From Escherichia coli (GTDB lineage: Bacteria; Pseudomonadota; Gammaproteobacteria; Enterobacterales; Enterobacteriaceae), in NCBI RefSeq assembly GCF_003334785.1, contig NZ_QOWV01000001.1: a stretch of DNA of 64,000 bases; one strand, 5' to 3'. This document shows positions 1 through 10,791 of this stretch, in pieces; the first letter of the stretch is position 1, and each line of letters starts with the position of its first letter. Below the pieces are notes generated by a model. That model was given only the letters and a program-made list of their open reading frames with translations. It did not search any database and was not told the DNA's origin. The translations under genes and the position numbers were made by a program.

Positions 1-76
1 GGGTCGTTAGCTCAGTTGGTAGAGCAGTTGACTTTTAATCAATTGGTCGCAGGTTCGAATCCTGCACGACCCACCA
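1..76 (+). tRNA. lysZ: tRNA-Lys (anticodon UUU)
   Basis: 76-nt sequence with cloverleaf-compatible arms, anticodon loop cttttaa and 3' CCA; first of two identical copies. Which lys locus it is comes from the remembered K-12 order. Confidence 0.9.
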
Positions 77-208
77 ATTTAAAGGTGGTTACTGGTAGAG
101 AACGTGAAGGATAACGTTGCGTTAGCAACGGCCCGAAGGGCGAGACGAAGTCGAGTCATCCTGCACGACCCACCATCCTGAATGATTAAGGCAGCATAAT
201 CCCGCAAG

Positions 209-284
209 GGGTCGTTAGCTCAGTTGGTAGAGCAGTTGACTTTTAATCAATTGGTCGCAGGTTCGAATCCTGCACGACCCACCA
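209..284 (+). tRNA. lysQ: tRNA-Lys (anticodon UUU)
   Basis: Exact duplicate of 1-76, located immediately upstream of nadA. Confidence 0.9.
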
Positions 285-289
285 ATGTA

Positions 290-317
290 AAAAAGCGCCC
301 TAAAGGCGCTTTTTTGC
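290..317 (+). terminator. Rho-independent terminator of the tRNA operon
   Basis: GC hairpin agcgcc/ggcgct followed by a T-run. Confidence 0.75.
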
Positions 318-470
318 TATTCAGGCATCCTCAATTTCACTTTGTAAACCTGATGACATCGTCAGAGCTTACTGTGCAAGCAACTCTATGTCGGTGGAAT
401 TAGGCGTAAAATGACGCATCCTGCACATTAGGCGTAATTCGAGTGACTTTTCCCCACCATTCGACTATCT

Positions 471-488
471 TGTTTAGCATATAAAACA
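471..488. promoter_or_regulatory. Putative NadR operator (TGTTTA...TAAACA-like)
   Basis: tgtttagcatataaaaca palindrome-like motif about 75 bp upstream of the nadA start. Confidence 0.5.
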
Positions 489-560
489 AATTACACCGAT
501 AACAGCGAATATTACGCTAATGTCGGTTTTAACGTTAAGCCTGTAAAACGAGATGGTAAG

Positions 561-1604
561 ATGAGCGTAATGTTTGATCCAGACACGGCGATTTATCCTT
601 TCCCCCCGAAGCCGACGCCGTTAAGCATTGATGAAAAAGCGTATTACCGCGAGAAGATAAAACGTCTGCTAAAAGAACGTAATGCGGTGATGGTTGCCCA
701 CTACTATACCGATCCCGAAATTCAACAACTGGCAGAAGAAACCGGTGGCTGTATTTCTGATTCTCTGGAAATGGCGCGCTTCGGTGCAAAGCATCCCGCT
801 TCTACTTTGTTAGTCGCTGGGGTGAGATTTATGGGAGAAACCGCCAAAATTCTCAGTCCGGAAAAAACAATTCTGATGCCGACACTTCAGGCTGAATGTT
901 CACTGGATCTCGGCTGCCCTGTTGAAGAATTTAACGCATTTTGCGATGCCCATCCCGATCGTACTGTCGTCGTCTACGCCAACACTTCTGCTGCGGTAAA
1001 AGCGCGCGCAGATTGGGTGGTAACTTCAAGCATTGCCGTCGAACTTATTGATCATCTTGATAGTTTGGGTGAAAAAATCATCTGGGCACCCGACAAACAT
1101 CTGGGGCGTTACGTGCAAAAACAGACGGGTGGAGACATTCTATGCTGGCAGGGTGCCTGTATTGTGCATGATGAATTTAAGACTCAGGCGTTAACCCGCT
1201 TGCAAGAAGAATACCCGGATGCTGCCATACTGGTGCATCCAGAATCACCACAAGCTATTGTCGATATGGCGGATGCGGTCGGTTCCACCAGTCAACTGAT
1301 CGCTGCTGCGAAAACATTGCCACATCAGAGGCTTATTGTGGCAACCGATCGGGGTATTTTCTACAAAATGCAGCAGGCGGTGCCAGATAAAGAGTTACTG
1401 GAAGCACCAACCGCAGGTGAGGGTGCAACCTGCCGCAGCTGCGCGCATTGTCCGTGGATGGCCATGAATGGCCTTCAGGCCATCGCAGAGGCATTAGAAC
1501 AGGAAGGAAGCAATCACGAGGTTCATGTTGATGAAAGGCTGCGAGAGAGGGCGCTGGTGCCGCTCAATCGTATGCTGGATTTTGCGGCTACACTACGTGG
1601 ATAA
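561..1604 (+). CDS. nadA: Quinolinate synthase A
   Basis: 347-aa ORF; N-terminus [18 protein letters not shown] matches the NadA family. Confidence 0.95.
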
Positions 1605-1641
1605 CGAATAATAAGGCGTAACGTTACGCTTTGGGGGAAAG

Positions 1642-2361
1642 ATGGATTTTTTTAGTGTGCAGAATATCCTGGTACATATACCAATAGGGGCAGGCGGTTA
1701 TGATCTCTCATGGATCGAAGCGGTAGGCACGATCGCCGGGTTGCTGTGTATTGGCCTTGCCAGTCTGGAGAAGATCAGCAACTACTTCTTTGGCCTGATC
1801 AACGTCACCTTGTTTGGCATTATTTTCTTTCAGATTCAGCTGTATGCCAGCCTGCTATTACAGGTGTTTTTCTTTGCCGCGAATATTTACGGTTGGTATG
1901 CGTGGTCGCGACAAACCAGTCAGAACGAGGCGGAGTTGAAAATTCGCTGGTTGCCATTGCCGAAGGCACTCAGCTGGTTGGCGGTTTGCGTTGTTTCGAT
2001 TGGTCTGATGACGGTATTTATCAATCCGGTGTTTGCATTTTTGACCCGCGTGGCAGTCATGATCATGCAAGCATTAGGATTACAGGTTGTGATGCCTGAA
2101 CTGCAACCGGACGCTTTCCCGTTCTGGGATTCATGCATGATGGTGTTATCTATCGTGGCAATGATTCTGATGACGCGTAAGTATGTGGAAAACTGGCTGT
2201 TGTGGGTGATTATTAACGTGATTAGCGTCGTTATTTTTGCACTTCAGGGCGTTTACGCCATGTCTCTGGAGTACATCATCCTGACCTTTATTGCGCTCAA
2301 CGGCAGCCGGATGTGGATCAACAGCGCACGTGAAAGAGGCTCACGCGCGCTGTCCCATTAA
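1642..2361 (+). CDS. pnuC: Nicotinamide riboside transporter
   Basis: 239-aa polytopic membrane ORF directly downstream of nadA. Confidence 0.92.
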   Translation: MDFFSVQNILVHIPIGAGGYDLSWIEAVGTIAGLLCIGLASLEKISNYFFGLINVTLFGIIFFQIQLYASLLLQVFFFAANIYGWYAWSRQTSQNEAELKIRWLPLPKALSWLAVCVVSIGLMTVFINPVFAFLTRVAVMIMQALGLQVVMPELQPDAFPFWDSCMMVLSIVAMILMTRKYVENWLLWVIINVISVVIFALQGVYAMSLEYIILTFIALNGSRMWINSARERGSRALSH

Positions 2362-3299
2362 TGGTGATGATGTGAATGGCCAGACACCCCTTCATTCAGG
2401 TGGCAGTCTGGCCCATGACAAGGTTGATATTCCATCTGAATGGTGGCGTGCTCAATCTGATAGTGATCCATCAGGTAGTGTTGGATCTGATCCAACAAGG
2501 CATCGTGATCGTGTGGCGGGATCACCTGCACATGCAACGTCATCACCGGCTTCTCGCCTACCATCCATACATGTACATGGTGCACATTGCGGACTTCCGG
2601 GATTTCCCGGCACATACGACGCTTCAGTTCAGCGATATCCAGCGATACCGGTGCACCTTCAAGTAATTCATTCACGCTATCTTTCAACAGTCGCCACGCG
2701 CTACGCAGAACCAGAAGCGACACCAGTATCGAGAGAATGGGGTCAGCAGGTGTCCAGCCAGTCCAGATAATAATCAACGCGGCAATAATAGCCCCAACCG
2801 AACCCAGCAGGTCCCCGAGCACATGCAGTGCCGCTGCTCGTACGTTGAGGTTTTTCTCTTCGCTGCCGTGATGAAGTAACCAGAAAGAAAGTATATTTGC
2901 CAGCAACCCAGCCACGGCAATTGCCATCATCATGCCGCCCTCGACCGGACGCGGCGTGCGGAAGCGTTCTATCGCCTCCCAGACAATCAAAATGGTAATT
3001 ACCACGAGGGCTATGGCATTCACAAACGCCGCGAGCGTGGTCAGTCTTAGCCAACCGAAAGTGTGGCGAATGGTGGGAGGACGACGTGAAAATTGCACGG
3101 CGAGTAGGGCGAAAAGCAGGGCGGCAGTATCGGTCAACATATGACCCGCATCGGCCAGCAATGCCAGAGAACCAGAAAGAAAACCACCAACGACTTCTAC
3201 CAGCATAAACCCGGCAGTCACGCCGAAAGCATACAACAAGCGACGAGCATTATTATCTTCTGGCAGGTGTGAGGACGTGTGTGAGTGTGAGTGCGCCAT
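2358..3299 (-). CDS. zitB: Zn(II)/cation diffusion facilitator efflux protein
   Basis: 313-aa ORF with His-rich termini ([11 protein letters not shown]...HSHHHH) and a CDF-type transmembrane core. Confidence 0.93.
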
Positions 3300-3371
3300 G
3301 ACGAGTCATCCCTTAATTATTCTCACTTAACTTTATGACATCATACTGCTTTTAGAAGTGAAAAATTAAAA

Positions 3372-3400
3372 GGGAGAGACTCCGCTCTCCCATTATTGGC
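3372..3400 (-). terminator. Rho-independent terminator downstream of ybgS
   Basis: gggagag/ctctccc hairpin with a T-run on the minus strand. Confidence 0.6.
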
Positions 3401-3412
3401 TATTTTGCAGGG

Positions 3413-3793
3413 TTACTGCGTGGTACCGTCGGTTTTGGTATCGACATCATTATTGATGCCATCACCGGTTTGTACCTTTTTATTGATATCCGGACAGCGA
3501 CCATCTTTGCACATGGTGTTCTTGTGCTCTTCATCTTTGGTCATTCCGTCATTGTTCATTGAAGAACCATCCGAATGCAGCATTGTGCCGCCAGAACCGG
3601 TATTTACCCCGTTATTGTCGACGTTATTTGGCGCGACATTTTCACGGGCGTCAGGGGCTACCTGGCCCGCATCAGCTGCGGCGTTTGCCTGGCCGTTATT
3701 AGTTTGCGCTCCGCTATCGGCAGCCAGTGCGGCACCGCTGGCAAGGCTTAGAGTGGCAGTCAGAAATAATGTGGCCAGTTTTGTCATTTTCAT
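3413..3793 (-). CDS. ybgS: Secreted low-complexity protein YbgS
   Basis: 126-aa ORF with a signal peptide ([24 protein letters not shown]) and an N/G/D/T-rich mature region. Confidence 0.85.
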
Positions 3794-4020
3794 AGGATGC
3801 TCCTGTTATGGTCGTTATGTCGGATAACCTCTTCCAACAGTGCATTTGCAGGTGAATATAAGGCATTGGTTTAAGATTTCAGCCAGGTTATGAAACGCAG
3901 CAGAGAATCTTGAAATAATTAACAAACAAAGGAGTTACAGTTAGAAATTGTAGGAGAGATCTCGTTTTTCGCGACAATCTGGCGTTTTTCTTGCTAATTC
4001 CAGGATTAATCCGTTCATAG

Positions 4021-4038
4021 TGTAAAACCCCGTTTACA
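4021..4038. promoter_or_regulatory. TyrR box (TGTAAA-N6-TTTACA)
   Basis: Exact tgtaaa accccg tttaca about 70 bp upstream of aroG. Confidence 0.7.
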
Positions 4039-4108
4039 CATTCTGACGGAAGATATAGATTGGAAGTATTGCATTCACTAAGATAAGTATGGCAACACTG
4101 GAACAGAC

Positions 4109-5161
4109 ATGAATTATCAGAACGACGATTTACGCATCAAAGAAATCAAAGAGTTACTTCCTCCTGTCGCATTGCTGGAAAAATTCCCCGCTACTGAAAA
4201 TGCCGCGAATACGGTTGCCCATGCCCGAAAAGCGATCCATAAGATCCTGAAAGGTAATGATGATCGCCTGTTGGTTGTGATTGGCCCATGCTCAATTCAT
4301 GATCCTGTCGCGGCAAAAGAGTATGCCACTCGCTTGCTGGCGCTGCGTGAAGAGCTGAAAGATGAGCTGGAAATCGTAATGCGCGTCTATTTTGAAAAGC
4401 CGCGTACCACGGTGGGCTGGAAAGGGCTGATTAACGATCCGCATATGGATAATAGCTTCCAGATCAACGACGGTCTGCGTATAGCCCGTAAATTGCTGCT
4501 TGATATTAACGACAGCGGTCTGCCAGCGGCAGGTGAGTTTCTCGATATGATCACCCCACAATATCTCGCTGACCTGATGAGCTGGGGCGCAATTGGCGCA
4601 CGTACCACCGAATCGCAGGTGCACCGCGAACTGGCATCAGGGCTTTCTTGTCCGGTCGGCTTCAAAAATGGCACCGACGGTACGATTAAAGTGGCTATCG
4701 ATGCCATTAATGCCGCCGGTGCGCCGCACTGCTTCCTGTCCGTAACGAAATGGGGGCATTCGGCGATTGTGAATACCAGCGGTAACGGCGATTGCCATAT
4801 CATTCTGCGCGGCGGTAAAGAGCCTAACTACAGCGCGAAGCACGTTGCTGAAGTGAAAGAAGGGCTGAACAAAGCAGGCCTGCCAGCACAGGTGATGATC
4901 GATTTCAGCCATGCTAACTCGTCCAAACAATTCAAAAAGCAGATGGATGTTTGTGCTGACGTTTGCCAGCAGATTGCCGGTGGCGAAAAGGCCATTATTG
5001 GCGTGATGGTGGAAAGCCATCTGGTGGAAGGCAATCAGAGCCTCGAGAGCGGGGAGCCGCTGGCCTACGGTAAGAGCATCACCGATGCCTGCATCGGCTG
5101 GGAAGATACCGATGCTCTGTTACGTCAACTGGCGAATGCAGTAAAAGCGCGTCGCGGGTAA
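4109..5161 (+). CDS. aroG: DAHP synthase, Phe-sensitive
   Basis: 350-aa ORF; MNYQNDDLRIKEIKELLPP matches AroG. Confidence 0.95.
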   Translation: MNYQNDDLRIKEIKELLPPVALLEKFPATENAANTVAHARKAIHKILKGNDDRLLVVIGPCSIHDPVAAKEYATRLLALREELKDELEIVMRVYFEKPRTTVGWKGLINDPHMDNSFQINDGLRIARKLLLDINDSGLPAAGEFLDMITPQYLADLMSWGAIGARTTESQVHRELASGLSCPVGFKNGTDGTIKVAIDAINAAGAPHCFLSVTKWGHSAIVNTSGNGDCHIILRGGKEPNYSAKHVAEVKEGLNKAGLPAQVMIDFSHANSSKQFKKQMDVCADVCQQIAGGEKAIIGVMVESHLVEGNQSLESGEPLAYGKSITDACIGWEDTDALLRQLANAVKARRG

Positions 5162-5170
5162 GGTTTAATT

Positions 5171-5246
5171 GTCGGATGCGCCGTCAGAGTGGCGTATCCG
5201 ATGAATCACCACAGGCCTGATAAGTCGCGCAGCGTCGCATCAGGCA
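5171..5246. repeat. REP-type palindromic elements
   Basis: Imperfect GC-rich palindromes (gtcggatgcg..., gcctgataag...catcaggc) between convergent genes. Confidence 0.6.
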
Positions 5247-5265
5247 ATGTGCTCCATTGTTAGCA

Positions 5266-5305
5266 ACAAAAAAGCCGACTCACTTGCAGTCGGCTTTCTC
5301 ATTTT
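5266..5305. terminator. Bidirectional Rho-independent terminator (aroG / gpmA)
   Basis: agccgact...agtcggct hairpin flanked by an A-run and a T-run. Confidence 0.75.
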
Positions 5306-5318
5306 AAACGAATGACGT

Positions 5319-6071
5319 TTACTTCGCTTTACCCTGGTTTGCAACCGCCGCTGCTTTCGCTGCGATCTCGTCAGCATTACCCAGATAATAGCGTTTCAGC
5401 GGTTTGAAATTCTCGTCGAACTCATACACCAGCGGCACGCCAGTCGGGATATTAAGCTCAAGAATCTCTTCTTCGCTCATGTTATCAAGATATTTCACCA
5501 GCGCACGTAAAGAGTTACCGTGTGCAGCGATGATCACGCGCTCACCGCTCTTCATACGCGGCAGAATAGTTTCATTCCAGTAAGGGATCACGCGGTCAAT
5601 GGTCAGCGCCAGGCTTTCCGTCAGCGGCAGTTCTTTCTCGCTCAGTTTCGCGTAACGCGGATCGTGACCCGGATAACGCTCATCATCTTTAGTCAGTTCC
5701 GGCGGAGTCACTGCAAAACCACGACGCCACTGTTTCACCTGCTCGTCGCCATACTTTTCAGCAGTTTCCGCTTTGTTCAGACCCTGCAACGCACCGTAGT
5801 GACGTTCGTTCAGTTTCCAGGATTTCTCAACGGGCAGCCATGCCTGATCCAGTTCGTCCAGCACATTCCACAGGGTATGGATAGCGCGTTTCAGCACAGA
5901 AGTGTAAGCAAAGTCAAAGCTGTAACCTTCCTCTTTCAGCAGCTTACCTGCTGCTTTTGCTTCGCTTACGCCTTTCTCAGACAGATCCACGTCGTACCAA
6001 CCGGTGAAACGGTTTTCTTTGTTCCACTGACTTTCGCCATGACGAACCAGAACCAGCTTAGTTACAGCCAT
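5319..6071 (-). CDS. gpmA: 2,3-bisphosphoglycerate-dependent phosphoglycerate mutase
   Basis: ORF-track entry trimmed to the internal ATG ([17 protein letters not shown]) preceded by a GGAG RBS; 250 aa. Confidence 0.93.
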
Positions 6072-6096
6072 ATACTTACTCCTCAAATCATCTTTT

Positions 6097-6117
6097 AATG
6101 ATAATAATTCTCATTAT
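6097..6117. promoter_or_regulatory. Fur box upstream of gpmA
   Basis: aatgataataattctcattat closely matches the GATAATGATAATCATTATC consensus. Confidence 0.65.
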
Positions 6118-6272
6118 ATTGCCGCGACGAAGCAACAGCAATGCTTACGCATAACCATAGCGAAAATAGTGGCGCAGTGTAAGGTTGTTGTGAATATTGA
6201 GTTGCAAATATGTCGGTGTTTGCTGGTGATTTGAACAATATGAGATAAAGCCCTCATGACGAGGGCGTAACA

Positions 6273-7313
6273 TTACTCAGCAATAAACTGATATTCCGTC
6301 AGGCTGGAATACTCTTCGCCAGGACGCAGGAAGCAGTCCGGTTGCGGCCATTCAGGGTGGTTCGGGCTGTCCGGTAGAAACTCGCTTTCCAGAGCCAGCC
6401 CTTGCCAGTCGGCGTAAGGTTCGGTTCCCCGCGACGGTGTGCCGCCGAGGAAGTTGCCGGAGTAGAATTGCAGAGCCGGAGCGGTGGTGTAGACCTTCAG
6501 CTGCAATTTTTCATCTGCTGACCAGACATGCGCCGCCACTTTCTTGCCATCGCCTTTGGCCTGTAACAAGAATGCGTGATCGTAACCTTTCACTTTGCGC
6601 TGATCGTCGTCGGCAAGAAACTCACTGGCGATGATTTTGGCGCTGCGGAAATCAAAAGACGTTCCGGCGACAGATTTCAGGCCGTCGTGCGGAATGCCGC
6701 CTTCATCAACCGGCAGATATTCGTCCGCCAGAATCTGCAACTTGTGATTGCGCACGTCAGACTGCTCGCCGTCAAGATTGAAATAGACGTGATTAGTCAT
6801 ATTCACCGGGCAAGGTTTATCAACTGTGGCGCGATAAGTAATGGAGATACGGTTATCGTCGGTCAGACGATATTGCACCGTCGCGCCGAGATTACCCGGG
6901 AAGCCCTGATCACCATCATCTGAACTCAGGGCAAACAGCACCTGACGATCGTTCTGGTTCACAATCTGCCAGCGACGTTTGTCGAACCCTTCCGGCCCGC
7001 CGTGCAGCTGGTTAACGCCCTGACTTGGCGAAAGCGTCACGGTTTCACCGTCAAAGGTATAACGGCTATTGGCGATACGGTTGGCATAACGACCAATAGA
7101 GGCCCCCAGAAACGCGGCCTGATCCTGATAGCATTCCGGGCTGGCACAGCCGAGCAGCGCCTCGCGGACGCTGCCATCGGAAAGCGGAATACGGGCGGAA
7201 AGTAAAGTCGCACCCCAGTCCATCAGCGTGACTACCATCCCTGCGTTGTTACGCAAAGTTAACAGTCGGTACGGCTGACCATCGGGTGCCAGTGCGGGAG
7301 TTTCGTTCAGCAC
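6273..7313 (-). CDS. galM: Aldose 1-epimerase (galactose mutarotase)
   Basis: 346-aa ORF; last gene of the gal operon. Confidence 0.95.
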
Positions 7314-8455
7314 TGTCCTGCTCCTTGTGATGGTTTACAAACGTAAAAAGTCTCTTTAATACCTGTTTTTGCTTCATATTGTTCAGCGACAGCTTGCTGT
7401 ACGGCAGGCACCAGCTCTTCCGGGATCAGCGCGACGATACAGCCGCCAAATCCGCCGCCGGTCATGCGTACGCCACCTTTGTCGCCAATCACAGCTTTGA
7501 CGATTTCTACCAGAGTGTCAATTTGCGGCACGGTGATTTCGAAATCATCGCGCATAGAGGCATGAGACTCCGCCATCAACTCGCCCATACGTTTCAGGTC
7601 GCCTTGCTCCAGCGCGCTGGCAGCTTCAACGGTGCGGGCGTTTTCAGTCAGTATATGACGCACGCGTTTTGCCACGATCGGGTCCAGTTCATGCGCAACA
7701 GCGTTGAACTCTTCAATGGTGACATCACGCAGGGCTGGCTGCTGGAAGAAACGCGCACCGGTTTCGCACTGTTCACGACGGGTGTTGTATTCGCTGCCAA
7801 CCAGGGTACGTTTGAAGTTACTGTTGATGATGACGACAGCCACACCTTTGGGCATGGAAACTGCTTTGGTCCCCAGTGAGCGGCAATCGATCAGCAAGGC
7901 ATGATCTTTCTTGCCGAGCGCGGAAATTAGCTGATCCATGATCCCGCAGTTACAGCCTACAAACTGGTTTTCTGCTTCCTGACCGTTAAGCGCGATTTGT
8001 GCGCCGTCCAGCGGCAGATGATAAAGCTGCTGCAATACGGTTCCGACCGCGACTTCCAGTGAAGCGGAAGAACTTAACCCGGCACCCTGCGGCACATTGC
8101 CGCTGATCACCATGTCCACGCCGCCGAAGCTGTTGTTACGCAGTTGCAGATGTTTCACCACGCCACGAACGTAGTTAGCCCATTGATAGTTTTCATGTGC
8201 GACAATGGGCGCATCGAGGGAAAACTCGTCGAGCTGATTTTCATAATCGGCTGCCATCACGCGAACTTTACGGTCATCGCGTGGTGCACAACTGATCACG
8301 GTTTGATAATCAATCGCGCAGGGCAGAACGAAACCGTCGTTGTAGTCGGTGTGTTCACCAATCAAATTCACGCGGCCAGGCGCCTGAATGGTGTGAGTGG
8401 CAGGGTAGCCAAATGCGTTGGCAAACAGAGATTGTGTTTTTTCTTTCAGACTCAT
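7307..8455 (-). CDS. galK: Galactokinase
   Basis: 382-aa ORF with GHMP kinase motifs; overlaps the galM start. Confidence 0.95.
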
Positions 8456-8458
8456 TTC

Positions 8459-9505
8459 TTACACTCCGGATTCGCGAAAATGGATATCGCTGACTGCGCG
8501 CAAACGCTCTGCTGCCTGTTCTGCGGTCAGGTCTCGCTGGGTCTCTGCCAGCATTTCATAACCAACCATAAATTTACGTACGGTGGCGGAGCGCAGCAGA
8601 GGCGGATAAAAGTGCGCGTGCAGCTGCCAGTGTTGATTCTCTTCGCCATTAAATGGCGCGCCGTGCCAGCCCATAGAGTAGGGGAAGGAGCACTGGAAGA
8701 GGTTGTCATAACGACTGGTCAGCTTTTTCAACGCCAGCGCCAGATCGCTGCGCTGGGCGTCGGTCAAATCGGTGATCCGTAAAACGTGGGCTTTGGGCAG
8801 CAGTAGCGTTTCGAACGGCCAGGCAGCCCAGTAAGGCACGACGGCTAACCAGTGTTCGGTTTCGACAACGGTACGGCTACCGTCTGCCAGCTCGCGCTGA
8901 ACATAATCCACCAGCATTGGTGATTTCTGTTCGGCAAAATATTCTTTTTGCAGGCGGTCTTCGCGCTCAGCTTCGTTAGGCAGGAAGCTATTTGCCCAAA
9001 TCTGACCGTGCGGATGCGGGTTAGAGCAGCCCATCGCCGCGCCTTTGTTTTCAAAAACCTGCACCCATGGGTACGTTTTCCCCAGTTCTGCGGTTTGCTC
9101 CTGCCAGGTTTTGACGATTTCCGTCAATGCTGCAACGCTGAGCTCTGGCAGCGTTTTACTGTGATCCGGTGAAAAGCAGATCACCCGGCTGGTGCCGCGC
9201 GCGCTCTGGCAACGCATCAGCGGATCGTGACTTTCTGGCGCATCTGGCGTGTCAGACATCAAAGCCGCAAAGTCATTAGTGAAAACGTAAGTCCCGGTGT
9301 AATCGGGGTTTTTATCGCCTGTCACCCGCACATTACCTGCGCAGAGGAAGCAATCTGGATCGTGCGCAGGTAACACCTGTTTGGCTGGCGTTTCCTGCGC
9401 CCCCTGCCAGGGGCGCTTAGCGCGGTGCGGTGAAACCAGAATCCATTGCCCGGTGAGCGGGTTGTAGCGGCGATGTGGATGATCAACGGGATTAAATTGC
9501 GTCAT
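8459..9505 (-). CDS. galT: Galactose-1-phosphate uridylyltransferase
   Basis: 348-aa ORF with the HPH active-site motif (SNPHPHGQ). Confidence 0.95.
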
Positions 9506-9514
9506 GGTCGTTCC

Positions 9515-10531
9515 TTAATCGGGATATCCCTGTGGATGGCGTGACTGCCAGTGCCAGGTGTCCTGCGCCATTTCATCGAGTGTGCGCGTTACGCGCCAGT
9601 TCAGTTCACGGTCGGCTTTGCTGGCGTCCGCCCAGTAGGCCGGAAGGTCGCCCTCGCGACGCGGTGCAAAATGATAATTAACCGGTTTGCCGCAGGCTTT
9701 GCTGAAGGCATTAACCACGTCCAGCACGCTGTTGCCTACGCCAGCGCCGAGGTTGTAGATGTGTACGCCTGGCTTGTTCGCCAGTTTTTCCATCGCCACG
9801 ACGTGACCGTCCGCCAGATCCATTACGTGGATGTAATCGCGTACGCCAGTACCATCTTCGGTCGGATAATCGTTACCAAAAATCGCCAGCGAGTCGCGAC
9901 GGCCTACAGCAACCTGGGCGATGTATGGCATCAGGTTATTCGGAATGCCTTGCGGATCTTCGCCCATATCGCCCGACGGATGCGCGCCAACCGGGTTGAA
10001 GTAGCGCAGCAGGGCAATGCTCCAGTCCGGCTGGGCTTTTTGCAGATCGGTGAGGATCTGTTCCACCATCAGCTTGCTTTTGCCGTAAGGGCTTTGCGGT
10101 GTGCCGGTCGGGAAGCTTTCAACGTATGGAATTTTGGGCTGATCGCCATAAACGGTGGCGGAGGAGCTAAAAATAAAGTTTTTGACGTTAGCGGCGCGCA
10201 TGGCGCTAATCAGGCGCAGAGTGCCGTTGACATTGTTGTCGTAATATTCCAGCGGTTTTTGTACCGATTCGCCCACGGCTTTCAGCCCGGCGAAGTGGAT
10301 CACGGTGTCGATAGCGTGATCGTGCAGGATCTCGGTCATCAACGCTTCGTTACGAATATCGCCTTCAACAAACGTTGGATGTTTGCCGCCTAAACGCTCG
10401 ATAACAGGCAGTACGCTGCGCTTACTGTTACAGAGGTTATCAAGAATGATGACATCATGACCGTTTTGCAGTAATTGCACACAGGTATGACTTCCAATGT
10501 AACCGCTACCACCGGTAACCAGAACTCTCAT
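9515..10531 (-). CDS. galE: UDP-glucose 4-epimerase
   Basis: Start placed at MRVLVTGGSGYIGSH (Rossmann fold); the ORF-track 14-aa extension was rejected; 338 aa. Confidence 0.93.
   Translation of the reverse strand: MRVLVTGGSGYIGSHTCVQLLQNGHDVIILDNLCNSKRSVLPVIERLGGKHPTFVEGDIRNEALMTEILHDHAIDTVIHFAGLKAVGESVQKPLEYYDNNVNGTLRLISAMRAANVKNFIFSSSATVYGDQPKIPYVESFPTGTPQSPYGKSKLMVEQILTDLQKAQPDWSIALLRYFNPVGAHPSGDMGEDPQGIPNNLMPYIAQVAVGRRDSLAIFGNDYPTEDGTGVRDYIHVMDLADGHVVAMEKLANKPGVHIYNLGAGVGNSVLDVVNAFSKACGKPVNYHFAPRREGDLPAYWADASKADRELNWRVTRTLDEMAQDTWHWQSRHPQGYPD
10497..10512. promoter_or_regulatory. gal internal operator OI (GalR/GalS)
   Basis: atgtaaccgctaccac is the reverse complement of GTGGTAGCGGTTACAT, inside the galE 5' coding region. 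Confidence 0.7.
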
Positions 10532-10609
10532 AATTCGCTCCATTAGGCTTATGGTATGAAATAACCATAGCATAACAAAGATGCGAAAAGTGTGACATGG
10601 AATAAATTA

Positions 10610-10625
10610 GTGGAATCGTTTACAC
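10610..10625. promoter_or_regulatory. gal external operator OE (GalR/GalS), with adjacent CRP site
   Basis: gtggaatcgtttacac upstream of galE; a tgtga CRP half-site lies at about 10591-10595. Confidence 0.7.
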
Positions 10626-10791
10626 AAGAATTTAGCCGTTTTTTATGCGCGATTAAGTGATTATAAAACAGAGGGTTTATGAATGATTGCGCTTTTTATC
10701 TGAAAAAAGACGCGGTTTCATGCCTGCATGCGTCGAACCGTTGGCCGGAGAGGGCGCTAAGGCCGCCTCCGGCAAGGTCAGCACTACCGAC

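Noticed and set aside
5520-6098. 192-aa plus-strand ORF
   Set aside because: Antisense shadow ORF entirely inside gpmA.
9551-10393. 280-aa plus-strand ORF
   Set aside because: Antisense shadow ORF inside galE; the galE frame has clear Rossmann-fold and epimerase motifs.
9515-10573. N-terminally extended ORF-track versions of galE (and likewise gpmA, modF, ybhA, ybhD, ybhJ, bioA, bioC, bioD, ybhK, moaA, moaD, ybhF, cecR, dinG, ybiX, mcbA, rlmF, ybiO)
   Set aside because: The extensions run into promoter or operator DNA or an upstream gene. Internal starts have an RBS and give N-termini typical of the protein families (for example MRVLVTGGSGYIG for galE).
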